Below, in pieces: positions 10,743 to 21,367 of a stretch of 64,000 bases of DNA (within the stretch, counting starts at the first letter, position 1; every line of letters begins with the position of its first letter). The DNA comes from an uncultured delta proteobacterium (GTDB lineage: Bacteria > Desulfobacterota > Binatia > UBA9968), in the NCBI GenBank assembly GCA_963760795.1, contig CAVXEP010000035.1, positions 1 through 64,000 of the forward strand, in the 5' to 3' direction. Below the pieces are notes generated by a model that did no database searches, was not told where the DNA came from, and saw nothing but the letters and a program-made list of their open reading frames with translations. The position numbers were made by a program, and so were the translations under genes.

Positions 10743-11813
10743 AAAATTTGCCCAAGGGGCGATTCATGAATCGCCCCTACTGATGGCGGTTTTGATTTTT
10801 CTGTCGCTGCTATGTTTTGCTTCAGCCGGCTTGGCGCAGGCTCCCTTTTATCAGGGGAAAACCATCACGATCATTCGCGGCAGCGCGCCGGGCGGCGTCG
10901 GCGAGATGCGCACCCGGGCGGTGGCGAACTATCTCAAAAAACATGTGCCGGGAAATCCCACGGTGGTGATCGAGTTCATGGCCGGCGCCGGTGGCACCAA
11001 GGCCGCCAATCATCTTTATCGCGGCGCGCGCGCGGATGGCCTGGTGATCGGCAGCGCGCCGAGCGGCATGGTGTCCTCCGCGCTTTTGGGCGAGGCCGGG
11101 GTGCAGTACGATCTCGATAAATTTATTTACTTGGGGTCGCCGAACAGCGAATCGCATTACGTATTTTTCACCAATCGAAAGCTCGGTCTCGGCAATTTGG
11201 AAAAACTGCGCGCTCACTCGGGATTGAGGATCGGAGCTCAGACCGTCGGCCATCCGATTTATCTAACCGGCCGTCTGTTCGCTTATCTCCTCGGCTTGAA
11301 GGACCCGAAATATGTCGTCGGTTATTCTTCGCCGGAGCTGGATGTGGCGATGCTGAGCGGCGAGCTCGACGCCGGGTCGGGCGTGGCCAGTAGTATCGTC
11401 AAGCAAAACCCGGAGTTTCTCGACAAAGGGTTGATGGACTTTCATAGCATCATTGAAATTCCCAGAGGCGACAAACATCCGCGCTTCGCCCAGCTGCCGG
11501 AACTCGATAGCTCCGTCAAGTCGGACAAAGAGCGCAAGTTGCTCGCCCTCCATCGCACGTTCAGACTCGCCGGCTCGCCGTTCATTTTGCCTCCCGGTAC
11601 GCCCAAAGAGCGCGCGGAAGTTTTGCGCGAAGCCATGCGAAAAATTTACGCCGATCGGGAATTTCTCGCCGAGTATCTGAAGTTGACCGGCGAAGAGGCG
11701 TCGCCGCTATTGCCCGACGCCAACGACAAGGCGATCCGGGAGCTGCCGCGCGACCCGGAAGTGATCGAGTTCTACAAATTATTTGGCGGCACCAAGCGCT
11801 GCCGCCGCGCTGA
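10726..11813 (+). CDS. Bug/TctC-family tripartite tricarboxylate solute-binding protein
   Basis: Signal peptide, FYQGKTITII, PGNPTVVIEFMAGAGG, PPGTPKER; a 1-bp indel just before the likely TGA at 11811-11813. Confidence 0.85.
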
Positions 11814-11970
11814 GACGCAGCCGAAGATAGATTGGCCGAACGCGGGCTCAAGAAGGCACGAAAGCACGAAATCCGCAATTCAAATGACCAAACCCGTCGG
11901 ATCGTTGGATTTTCGGGTCGATGTTTCAGTCGAAAATGTGATCGCGCAGATTTCCGAAGAGGAGAAAGAT

Positions 11971-12467
11971 ATGAAGCCGAAAAAGCCCAACTGGTGATCC
12001 AAGGACTCAAGGAAGCCGGCATCGATTTTGCCTCCGGCGTTCCTGATGCTCAGTTCATCGAAGTTTACAAAATGCTCGCCGAAGACCGCGATATTCGCTA
12101 TGTCGGCGCGGCCAACGAAGCCGAGGCGACCGGTATCGGTTTCGGCGCCTGGTTTGGCGGCAAGAAGCCGGCGCTGATTCTCGCGACTTCAGGGCTACTG
12201 GTCGCAACCTATCATTTGGCGCGCATCAATCTGCTCCACGAAGTGCCGGTGCTGATCGTGATCCCATACCGCGGCGATATCGGCGATCCGCGCTGGATGG
12301 GGCTTTACAAAAAAACCACCGAGCCGGGATTGAACGCGATGGACATTCCCTATCGCATTGTCAGCCGGTCGCAGGATATTGTCCGCACCATCAAAGATTG
12401 CAATGAATCCGCGCGCGCGTGGCTGAAGCCCGTGGCTGTGCTGCTCAACGAGGAGGCTTTATGGTAA
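11971..12467 (+). CDS. ThDP-dependent decarboxylase alpha subunit (ComD/phosphonopyruvate decarboxylase-like)
   Basis: GVPD, NEAEATGI and YRGDIGD motifs; indel just after the ATG. Confidence 0.8.
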
Positions 12468-13090
12468 CGCGATTTGCTTTGTTGCAAGAGTTGGCGGCAC
12501 TGGTTCCAGACGATGTCATGGTGCTAACCAGCATCGGCAACAACAGCGGCTTTTGGGGCCAATTGAAAGAACGCGAAGCCAATCTGTTTCATCTGACGAT
12601 GGGCATGTGCTGCATCCACCGCGCTGGGACTTTCGCTGGCGCTGCCCAATCGAAAAATCGTCGCTCGTCGATTCGGACGGCAATTTAACTTTGAATCTCG
12701 GCGTGCTCGGCACCATCGCCAATGAGGCGCCGAAGAATCTGACCATTGTTGCTGATGGACAATCAGAATTATCTCGGCAGCAACAAGCGTGAGCCGGGCA
12801 TGCCGACGGCAACTGCGGGCAAAATGAACTTAGAAGCCGTGGCCAAAGGCTGCGGCTTCGAGAGCGCCTGCACCGTCGAAGATGCCGCGGCGTTTCGCGC
12901 CAAGATCCAAGCTGCGCTTTCGAGCTCCGGCCCGCATTTTATCCGCGCCCGCGTCGAGCCGCTCGATAACGATGCACCGAAGAAATCCAAACGGGTGCCC
13001 GATCCGCGCGAAAACAAATATCAATTTGCCGGCTATGTTCAGAAAACCGAAGGTGTGGAGATTCTCGGCAGCGGGCTCGGCGGCGGCTGA
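12461..13090 (+). CDS. ThDP-dependent decarboxylase beta subunit (ComE-like), frameshifted
   Basis: DSDG...MDNQNY variant of the ThDP-binding motif across 3 frames. Confidence 0.75.
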
Positions 13091-13166
13091 GATGAAACCG
13101 CTTTGCTCGGCGACCGGCGTTTGGATGGCCAGGCTCGCGCACGCCATGTCAGAATGGAATAACCTG

Positions 13167-14237
13167 ATGAATCGCTTCGTGAGAAATTGTTGGCTAATTT
13201 TTGTCGTGACAAGCTGGTTCTTCGGCGCGGAGCTTTACGGCGCTGAAGCGAACGTGGAGAGCCTGTTAGCGGATATCAACCGCAAGCCGCCGGAGCAGCG
13301 GCTGAAGGCTCTCCTGGAAGGGGCGAAGAAAGAAGGCGTGATTCATCATTACGGCTCGATCAATGCCCCCGACAATGACGAGCTCACGAGAGGGTTCGCC
13401 AAACAGTATCCGTTCATCGAGGTGCGCTATACGAGGTTGGGAGCCGAGCAGGTCGTCAACCGCGCGGTGACGGAATACCGCTCGGGCGTCCCCAGCGCTG
13501 ACGTGATTTCCCTGCGTGGAACGTTCATGCCTGAGCTCCTGGATAAGAAAATCATTGCTCGATACAAAAGCCCGATGGCGGCTTTTCTGCGACCGGGCTT
13601 CACCGACCCGGAAGGTTTCATGGCGACTAACTTCGCGACCGGATACGCGATGATCTTTAACGCCGCAAGGGTGAAGCCCGGTGAGGCGCCCAAGTCGTAC
13701 GAAGATTTACTACATCCGCGCTGGAAGGGAAGATTGGTGCTGGATCAAGACGCCCATGACTGGTTCGCCGGCATGATCGATCTCATGGGGGAGAACAAGG
13801 CCGCGGCTTTCTTAAGAAGGCTCGTGACCGAGCAGGGTTTGAAGCTCAAAAGAAACCATTCTCTGATCACGCAGTTGACCGCGGCCGGCGAGCACGATCT
13901 GTTTATCGACGGTTACATTCACAACGCTGTGGAATTCAAAACCAAAGGCGCGCCGGTCGATTATGTCTTCACCAATCCGACCATCGTGAAGCCTCCTTCG
14001 GTGATTGCGATCACGTCGAAGACCGCGCGTCCTCACGCTGCGGCTTTGCTGCTGGACTATTACCTATCGAAACCGGCTCATGAGATCATGGCGCACAAAC
14101 AGGCGCGCTGGACAACCCGCGCCGACGTCAAGTGGCTGACGGAACCAGGAACCGAGATTCATGTCGTTTCGCCGCTCAAATGGGGCCGCCGCTACAACGA
14201 CGTGGTGGAGTTGTTCAGAAAAACCACTGCGCAATAA
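13167..14237 (+). CDS. ABC-type extracellular solute-binding protein (family 1, Fe3+/thiamine-like)
   Basis: GAKKEG, PKSYEDLLHPRWKG and PHAAALLLDY motifs; N-terminal signal. Confidence 0.85.
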   Translation: MNRFVRNCWLIFVVTSWFFGAELYGAEANVESLLADINRKPPEQRLKALLEGAKKEGVIHHYGSINAPDNDELTRGFAKQYPFIEVRYTRLGAEQVVNRAVTEYRSGVPSADVISLRGTFMPELLDKKIIARYKSPMAAFLRPGFTDPEGFMATNFATGYAMIFNAARVKPGEAPKSYEDLLHPRWKGRLVLDQDAHDWFAGMIDLMGENKAAAFLRRLVTEQGLKLKRNHSLITQLTAAGEHDLFIDGYIHNAVEFKTKGAPVDYVFTNPTIVKPPSVIAITSKTARPHAAALLLDYYLSKPAHEIMAHKQARWTTRADVKWLTEPGTEIHVVSPLKWGRRYNDVVELFRKTTAQ

Positions 14238-14339
14238 GAGTGGAGAGAGGGATGATGAACAGATCGCAAAATTCGCTTGAATTGTCGCGCCTGATCCTGG
14301 TCAGCCGGGTCGCTGGACTTTCTCCGGTGGAAACCTGCC

Positions 14340-14407
14340 AGAACAACTCCATCGTCGACAAGCTGGCGCGCGAGGGCTTTTTCGATAGCTTGTCCAAAGC
14401 GCGGTGA
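14340..14407 (+). pseudogene. C-terminal relic of an NMT1-type SBP gene
   Basis: NNSIVDKLAREGFFDSLSKAR* matches the end of 14439-15413 (DNTIVDKLTREGFFDRLYKKP). Confidence 0.6.
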
Positions 14408-14438
14408 AAGCGTTTAAATCAAAACCAACGGAGCCGAC

Positions 14439-15413
14439 ATGATCCGATCATCGATCACGCTGCACATTTGCATGTGGTTCTTTTTTTCCTTCTCGGCTTG
14501 GGCGCCCTGCGCCGAGGCGCAGAGCAAAATCACCTTCGCTTATTCGTCGGTGGGCGCGATGGCCACCGGCGTTTGGATGGCCAAGGAAAGCGGCGCTTTC
14601 GAAAAAAATGGCATCCAGGCGGATTTGATTTTCATATCTTCCGGCCCGGTGGTCGTGCAGGCGTTGATCGGCGGCGATCTGCATGGCGGCAGCGCGGCGA
14701 CCAATGCCGTCGTCAACGCGATCTTGAGCGGCGCGCCGATCATCGGCGTGGCCGGCACGGCCAACCGCCCTTATCATCGTTTGTACGTCCAACCGGAAAT
14801 CAACCGCGTCGAGGATCTCAAGGGCAAAACTCTCGGCGTCACCCGCTTCGGTTCGATCACCGACAACCTGACGCGCATCCTGTTGCGTAAGGCCGGCTTG
14901 GAGGGCGCGGTCGCCGTGCGCCAGATGGGCGGCACGCTGGAGGTCGCCGCGGCTTTTCAAAACCGCCAGATCGCCGGCGCGGTCACCGGCGACCTGCGGG
15001 TCGCGCCGCCGAGCCAGCCAAAACTCTTGATCAAGCTCATCGACTTCGGCATTCCCTATTCGATGAATACCATCGCGGTGTCGCGCGACTACCTGCGCCG
15101 CGCGCCGGAAACCGTCGAGCGCATCGTGCGCGCTTATGCCGAGGGCGTCGCCTTCATGAATCAGCAAAAGGAGCGAAGCATCCGAGCGATCATGAAATAC
15201 GCCCATATGCGCGACCCGAAGGATGCGGAGGAGCATTACCGCGACTCGGTCACTTACTTGGAACGGGTGACCCGCGCCGAACCCGATGCCGTGCAAACGA
15301 TTCTTGAGTTCATCGGCAAAAAAGGCACGCCGGCGGAGACGTTCATGGACAACACCATCGTCGACAAACTGACGCGCGAAGGATTTTTCGATCGGCTGTA
15401 CAAGAAGCCGTAG
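14439..15413 (+). CDS. NMT1/THI5/SsuA-type solute-binding protein
   Basis: Signal peptide; WMAKESGAFEKNG; DLKGKTLGVTRFGS. Confidence 0.88.
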   Translation: MIRSSITLHICMWFFFSFSAWAPCAEAQSKITFAYSSVGAMATGVWMAKESGAFEKNGIQADLIFISSGPVVVQALIGGDLHGGSAATNAVVNAILSGAPIIGVAGTANRPYHRLYVQPEINRVEDLKGKTLGVTRFGSITDNLTRILLRKAGLEGAVAVRQMGGTLEVAAAFQNRQIAGAVTGDLRVAPPSQPKLLIKLIDFGIPYSMNTIAVSRDYLRRAPETVERIVRAYAEGVAFMNQQKERSIRAIMKYAHMRDPKDAEEHYRDSVTYLERVTRAEPDAVQTILEFIGKKGTPAETFMDNTIVDKLTREGFFDRLYKKP

Positions 15414-15527
15414 AAGACAGAAGAATTCAACACAGAATCGGAAATTCGAATTCGGATATTTAACCAGCAAGAGACTGGCTACATAGTCGTTGCCAGAAAG
15501 TTCCTGCCCCTCGTCGAATCGGATTAA

Positions 15528-15600
15528 TTGGCCGCAAAGAACGCAAAGAACACAAAAAAGGAATTGAGATTGGTAGGGGCGGGTTTCAAACCCGCCCTCT
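15528..15600. repeat. Intergenic repeat cluster (GCCGCAAAGAACGCAAAG unit plus GTAG-type REP palindrome)
   Basis: GTAGGGGCGGGTTTCAAACCCGCCC; the CGCAAAG unit recurs near 16390, 16510, 25363 and 59528. Confidence 0.7.
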
Positions 15601-15620
15601 TCGCTGGAGGGATAAAACAC

Positions 15621-16356
15621 ATGACGACAGTTAGTTACACGGGGATTGAAAGAAGAGAAAGACGGCATCGAAGGCTACATCGCGCATCCCGAACGGGCGG
15701 ACAAAGGGCCGGCGATTCTGATGATCCATCAGCATTCCGGGCTCACCGGCTATTTGAAAACCGCTGCGTATAAATTCGCTCAGCTGGGTTACACCGCGGT
15801 GGTGCCCAATCTGTATCACATGCTCGGTTATCCCGCCGAGACGCACATCGACAAAGGCACGGAGATTCAGAACAAGACGCCCGACCCGGACTTCGTGCGC
15901 GTCATCGACCGCGGCTGGCGCTATTGCTTATCGCGGAGCGACGTCGACGGCGCGCGGGTCGGGGTCGTCGGTTACTGCATGGGCGGGCGGCTCGGCATCC
16001 ATTTCGTCGCGGCAACGCCGGCGGCGCGCGCCTTCGTCGCCTACTATCCGTCGGTGCGCGACGAGCAGCCGACCAAGATTCGGCCGCGCCATCCCTGCGA
16101 CGCCGCGCGCGAGATCAAATGTCCGTCGATGATACTCTACGGCGGCCATGACCAGCACAGCACGTTCCCGGTGCAGCAGCGCGTGATGGAAAGTTTTCAC
16201 TCCAACGGTCAATCTTTGGAGTGGCACTATTTTCACTTCGGCTATCACGGCTTCGCCTCCACCGAGTCGGATGGTTACAATCCTTATCTCGCCGATCTCA
16301 CCTGGCCGTTGGTGACGGAGTTCTTGGGCCGCGAGCTGATCGCGCCTGCGCTGTAG
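15621..16356 (+). CDS. Dienelactone hydrolase-family protein (indel near 15640)
   Basis: GYCMGG nucleophile motif and HGF; GGAGG RBS before ATG 15621. Confidence 0.88.
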
Positions 16357-16387
16357 CGCGGCGCAGCCGCAACCAAAGAAAGAAGAA

Positions 16388-16562
16388 TGGCCGCAAAGAA
16401 CGCAAAGTTCGCAAAAGAATCGGGAGTACAAAGTAGGGGCCGGTCGCGACCGGCCCGGTTTGGATTCGAGCATTGACCGCACCCTTCGACGCTGCTCAGG
16501 GCGATCGGGACGCAAAGGACGCAAAGTTCGGATTTCGTTGGAGCGTATTGCATACGCCCTTG
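16388..16562. repeat. Cluster of REP-like elements
   Basis: CGCAAAG units, GTAGGGGCCGGTCGCGACCGGCCC, CCCTTCGACGCTGCTCAGGGC, GGAGCGTATTGCATACGCCC. Confidence 0.65.
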
Positions 16563-16661
16563 GGTGCGGCGGAGTGGCAATCGCATGGTGACACGAATTT
16601 GCACGGACGACGCAGAAATCCTGAGTCGTGAGAAGTGAAGGTGAACAGTTGTGGAGGAAAG

Positions 16662-17656
16662 ATGAACAGAAGAACCGCCATCCGGCGACTGGCAACTTTT
16701 TTTCTGACTACTGCTTCTCTAGCCCACGCGCAGCAGCCGAAGAAAGTCTCGCGGATAGGGTATCTATCGACTACCGATCCAGCTACTGAGTCCGCCCGTG
16801 CCGAGGCAATTCGGCTGGCTCTGCGCGAGCGTGGCTACATAGAAGGACAGAACATCGCCATCGAGTACCGATATGCGGAGGGGAAGCGCGATCGGACTCC
16901 TGAGCTTGCGGCCGAGCTGGTGCGTCTCAAGGTTGATATCATCGTGGTAGCAGGAGGGGACGCGGGCGATCCGGGCGGCCAAGAATGCGACCAAGACGAT
17001 TCCCATCGTTATGATGGGCGTTGGGGTCGATCCTGTCGAGGCAGGCCTGGTTGAAAGCCTTGCCCGTCCCGGCGGCAACGTCACCGGCATTACAATCCTT
17101 AGCAGAGACTTAGGCGGCAAGCGGCTGGAGCTGCTCAAAGAAGCCGTTCCCAAACTTGCCCGTGTCGCGGTTCTCTACGATCCGGCCAATCCGACCAGTG
17201 TACTCGAGGTGAAAGAGGTTCTCCCAGCGGCGGCGCGTGCGCTGCGGTTGACTCTTCAGCCTTGGGAGGTACGAGGTGCAGACGATTTCGATAAGGTATT
17301 TGCTGCGCTGAGCAAGCAGCGCCCGGATGGACTCTATGTGCATCGGGGGCGCGCTAATTGCTGCTAACCAAAAACGGATCGTCGGCTTTGCGTTAAAGAG
17401 CCGGTTACCGTCGGTGTACACCAACAGAGAATCTGTAGATGCTGGCGGGCTCATGTCCTACGGCGCGGACCTCACGGAGAGCTACCGGCGCGTCGCATAT
17501 TTCGTGGACAGGATCCTGAAGGGAGCCAAGCCCGCCGACCTGCCGGTGGAGCAGCCGATGAAGTTTGAGTTCGTCATCAATCTTCAGACCGCTAAGAAAA
17601 TCGGCGTGACGATACCGCCCGAGCTGTTAGCACGGGCGAGCAAAATCATTCGGTGA
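16662..17656 (+). CDS. ABC_sub_bind-type solute-binding protein (2 frameshifts)
   Basis: QQPKKVSRIGYL, SLARPGGNVTG, GGLMSYG and GAKPADLPVEQP motifs. Confidence 0.88.
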
Positions 17657-17767
17657 GGCGTCAGGGTTGTAGGATGAGGCGATGAAACTTTCATGGACGC
17701 GAGCTGATTCTGCCAGCTCTGTAGCCCGCGACCAGTCGAGGGTTGCGAAAAAGCTTACGAGGTGACC

Positions 17768-18716
17768 ATGACAAAACTGGGCGTTCTCGTAATCACGATC
17801 GTTTGGTTGCTTTACCCGTCAATGGTGAACGCGGCGACGCCGCAGCCGCCGCGGGTGAGCATTGCCTATTCTTCGATCAGTTCGATTTTTGCCGGGCTGT
17901 GGGTCGCCAAAGAAACCGGCGCCTTCGAAAAATACGGCGTGCGCGGCGAGCTGCTATACATCGGCGCTGGCAGCGTCGCGGTGCAGGCGATGATGGGCGG
18001 CGAAGTTGAGGTGGTCGCCGGCGCGGGCAATGCGGTGATCGCCGCGACGTTGCAAGGCGCGCCATTGGTTTCAGTTGGTTCGGTGGCGAACCTGGCGGCG
18101 ATGACATTGTGGGTGCAGCCGGAGATCAAACGACCGGAGCAGCTCCAAGGCAAGACACTTGGGATCTCGCGCCATGGCTCGACGACGCACTACCTGACAT
18201 TGGTCGCACTTGAGAAAATCGGTTTGAAGGACAAGGTCAAGCTGCAAGCTCTGGGCGGCGCGCCGGAGACCGACGCGTCGTTTCGCGCCGGTATGATCGC
18301 CGGCGCGGTGCGCTCGGTGAAGCCTGATCCAAAGGCCCACGGGTTGGCGGACTTGGCGGAGCTCAAGATCCCCTTTCCAATGGATTTGTTCGCAGTGAAC
18401 CGCGAGTATTACAAAAACTCGCCAAAAGTGGTCGAGGGCATGCTCAAAGCCTACAGCGACGGTGTCGCAACCATCAAACGACGCAAGCCGATCGCGGTCG
18501 AGATTATCAGGAAATATTTGCGCAAGACCGACGTGGAGGATTCCTACGAGTATGCGGCGCGCTATCTCGAACGGGTGCCGAAAGTGGACCCAGCGGGCAT
18601 TCAAACCGTGTTGGCATGGGAAAACAAATCGGATATAGCTCCGAGCAGGTTTTACGACAACACGATCATCGATCGCCTCGTCGCAAGAGGGGTTTTTCGA
18701 CGGCTTGTACAAGTAA
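17768..18716 (+). CDS. NMT1/SsuA-type solute-binding protein (indel near the 3' end)
   Basis: WVAKETGAFEKYG; paralog of 14439; restoring the frame gives ...GFFDGLYK* at 18716. Confidence 0.85.
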
Positions 18717-18729
18717 AGGAGGACAAGCG

Positions 18730-19443
18730 ATGCAAGTGGCTGAATGGCGCAAAGCGATCGGCGCAATGGTGCGCGAGCATATGCGCTCGCCGGATTTGGA
18801 GCACTACTTTTCGGTAAAAATGAACCAGCCGCGGGCGCAGTTGATGATCACGCAGTTGGGTCTCTACATTCGCCATCGGCGCGATTGTTGGGCGCATGTG
18901 TCGGCTAACTGCCCGGTGATGGGGGTGAAGCAGGCGATCTTGCAGCATGAGTACGGCGAAGTGATCAAAGATCAGTTTTCCGACTTCGGCCATTTGCATT
19001 TGATTATCAAGCAGGCGGAGAAGCTTGGGCTGACGCCGCAGCAGGTGATCGATACCAAACCGATCGCGACGACGACTGCGACGTTGTACGCCTGGGCATG
19101 GCTGACCCATGCCAAGAGTTGGATCGAGGGCGTGTCGGCGTTGACCGTGACCGAATGGACCAACGACGACCGGCTGCTCAATGACATCGGCGGCGGCCAT
19201 TCGACGCGCATGGGCAAGCGCTGGACCGAAGACATGGGCATCCCCTGGCGCGACATGCCGAACTTCGTCGTGCACTCGCAGGCGGATGAGGAGCATAGCG
19301 ATATGTTTTTGCCGTTTCTTGAAAAGTATGCGACCGGCGAGAAGGAACAGATGGCGTTGAACGCGGTCAAGGAATCGTTGGATTTGTTCGCGCTCTATCG
19401 CGGAGGGGTCGCTGAGGCGATGGAGAAGATTCCGTTGAACTGA
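18730..19443 (+). CDS. Heme-oxygenase-like (CADD/PqqC-fold) putative diiron oxidase, subfamily A
   Basis: HEYGE...GHLHL, TVTEW and HSQADEEH give an E/H/E/H-x3-D-x2-H ligand pattern; AGGAGG RBS. Confidence 0.8.
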   Translation: MQVAEWRKAIGAMVREHMRSPDLEHYFSVKMNQPRAQLMITQLGLYIRHRRDCWAHVSANCPVMGVKQAILQHEYGEVIKDQFSDFGHLHLIIKQAEKLGLTPQQVIDTKPIATTTATLYAWAWLTHAKSWIEGVSALTVTEWTNDDRLLNDIGGGHSTRMGKRWTEDMGIPWRDMPNFVVHSQADEEHSDMFLPFLEKYATGEKEQMALNAVKESLDLFALYRGGVAEAMEKIPLN

Positions 19444-19535
19444 TTGAAAATGGATAATGGAGAATGGAAAATTGGCGATGATGGGGCGTGATCTGTACTC
19501 AAGCTTTGATCGGTGCGATTTATGTGACTGTCATG

Positions 19536-19945
19536 TTCCTTCCCCCGTCTCGGGGGAAGGTTAGGATGGGGGGTAGGTGCAAGCGGACCTGAAAAGGGCG
19601 AGGACGCTACGGAGTCATCTCACCGATGCTGAACAGGTTCTCTGGCGCCATCTGCGAATGCGTCAATTGGGTGGTTGTAAATTTCGCCGGCAGCGACCGA
19701 TCGGTCCATATATAGTCGATTTTGTCTGTTTGGAGAAAAAGTTGATTGTGGAGTTGGATGGCGGGCAACACACCGAACAACATCGCTACGATAAATCGCG
19801 AGACCGTTGGCTGAATACTCAGGGATATGACGTGCTCCGCTTTTGGAATGATGACGTGCTGACGAAAGTCGATGATGTTAAAGAAGCGATATATCGTGCG
19901 CTGACTGAGCCCCCACCTTCGTCCTCCCCCGGGGCGGGGGAGGAT
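19536..19945. repeat. Inverted REP-like hairpins flanking the DUF559 gene (19536-19573 and 19910-19945)
   Basis: TCCCCCGTCTCGGGGGAAGGTTAGGATGGGGG versus the reverse complement of CCCCCACCTTCGTCCTCCCCCGGGGCGGGGGAGGA. Confidence 0.7.
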
Positions 19946-19969
19946 AGTAAGAGTTCGGAGCAGTGCTAA
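19577..19969 (+). CDS. DUF559 (Vsr-like) endonuclease domain protein
   Basis: TDAEQVLW, KFRRQRPIGPYIVDFVC, ELDGGQH and VLRFWN motifs. Confidence 0.9.
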   Translation: MQADLKRARTLRSHLTDAEQVLWRHLRMRQLGGCKFRRQRPIGPYIVDFVCLEKKLIVELDGGQHTEQHRYDKSRDRWLNTQGYDVLRFWNDDVLTKVDDVKEAIYRALTEPPPSSSPGAGEDSKSSEQC

Positions 19970-20017
19970 GTGGTAGCTCTGCTATTGAATTAACTTAAGA
20001 CACTTTAAGGAGGACCT

Positions 20018-20356
20018 ATGGAAAAACCGAGAATCAGACATATCGCGATCAACGTCGAGGACCTCGACAAGACCGCGGAGTACTACAAGAAGGTATTCGG
20101 CATGGAAGAGAAGCATCGGCGGCCTGGGGGAACTATTTATCTATCCGACGGCCACATGGATCTCGCGCTGATTCATAGCGACAAGTATCCCTGGGGTATT
20201 CATCATTTCGGCTTCAAGGTGGACAGCGTCAAAGAGGTCGAGAAGATTGCCAACACGACTGCCGAAGAAAATACCTATGGCGCGATTGCCGAGAGTTGGA
20301 TCAAGGACAACGAAGGCAACCGGGTCGATGTCTCCGAGCATGGCTGGCCGATCTAA
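20018..20356 (+). CDS. VOC/glyoxalase-family protein
   Basis: IRHIAINV, HHFGFKV and DNEGNRVD motifs; AAGGAGG RBS. Confidence 0.88.
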   Translation: MEKPRIRHIAINVEDLDKTAEYYKKVFGMEEKHRRPGGTIYLSDGHMDLALIHSDKYPWGIHHFGFKVDSVKEVEKIANTTAEENTYGAIAESWIKDNEGNRVDVSEHGWPI

Positions 20357-20398
20357 TTTTCGTTCAAGGTTCAAAGGTTCAAAAGTTCAAGGTTTCGG

Positions 20399-21367
20399 AT
20401 GGGGCTATTCCGATTTCGTTCACTGTGGCTAGCATTTGCTTTGCTTGTTGCTGCCGATGGTTTTGCCGGACAGGCGGCGTTGGAGAATATTAAATTCGGC
20501 ACCAGCGCGTTGAGCCCGACGATGGCGGGCGTTTGGATGGCCAAGGAGAGCGGCGCGTTCGAGCGGCGCGGTATTAACGCCGAATTAGTTTACATCAGCT
20601 CGGGCGCGGTGGTCGTGCAGGCGCTGGTCGGCGGCAGTCTGCATGCGGCGCTGGGCGCGAGTAATGCGGTGATCGCGGCGATTCTCAAAGGAGCGCCGAT
20701 CATCGCCGTCGGCAGTAACACGAGCCGGCCAGGCATGCAGCTGTGGGTTCATCCCGATATTCAGCGGCCGGAGCAATTGGCCGGGAAGACGCTTGGTATT
20801 ACCCGGTTCGGCTCGACCAGCGAGTTCGTCACGCGCTTGGTGCTGCGCAAGCTCAATCTCGAAGGCAAGACCGAGCTGCGCCAGTTCGGCGGCGTCATCG
20901 AGGCCGATATTGGCTATCGCAGCGGCCAGTCGGTGGGCCGTTTGTCGTCGCAGTCGCCCGGGCCCGATGCGCGCAAGCTGGTCGACGCCGCGGAGTTGGG
21001 CATTCCCTTCTCGATGAATCTGCTGGCGGTTAGCATCGATTTCCATCGCAAGTCGCCAAAGACGGTGGAGGGAATCATCGCCGCCTATATCGAAGGCATC
21101 GCCGCCTTGAAGCAGCGCAAGCAGCAAGCCGACAACGTTTTGGCAAAATATATGGGACAGCGCGGCGGCTCGGCGGACGTGCACTACGAATTCGTCATGA
21201 AATATCTGGAAACCGTACCGCGGGTCGACCCGGCGGCCATCGACACCGTGCTGGAAATGGTCGGCAGCAAAGATGCGGCGAAGGCCAAGCTCTACGACAA
21301 TAGCGTCGTCGATCGTTTGGTCCAAGAAGGGTTGATCGACCGACTCTACAAAGGGGCGAAACCATGA
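20399..21367 (+). CDS. NMT1/SsuA-type solute-binding protein
   Basis: Signal peptide; WMAKESGAFERRG; GKTLGITRFGS. Confidence 0.88.
   Translation: MGLFRFRSLWLAFALLVAADGFAGQAALENIKFGTSALSPTMAGVWMAKESGAFERRGINAELVYISSGAVVVQALVGGSLHAALGASNAVIAAILKGAPIIAVGSNTSRPGMQLWVHPDIQRPEQLAGKTLGITRFGSTSEFVTRLVLRKLNLEGKTELRQFGGVIEADIGYRSGQSVGRLSSQSPGPDARKLVDAAELGIPFSMNLLAVSIDFHRKSPKTVEGIIAAYIEGIAALKQRKQQADNVLAKYMGQRGGSADVHYEFVMKYLETVPRVDPAAIDTVLEMVGSKDAAKAKLYDNSVVDRLVQEGLIDRLYKGAKP

Noticed and set aside
15528-16562. CRISPR array
   Set aside because: The repeats are heterogeneous and irregularly spaced, and there are no cas genes.
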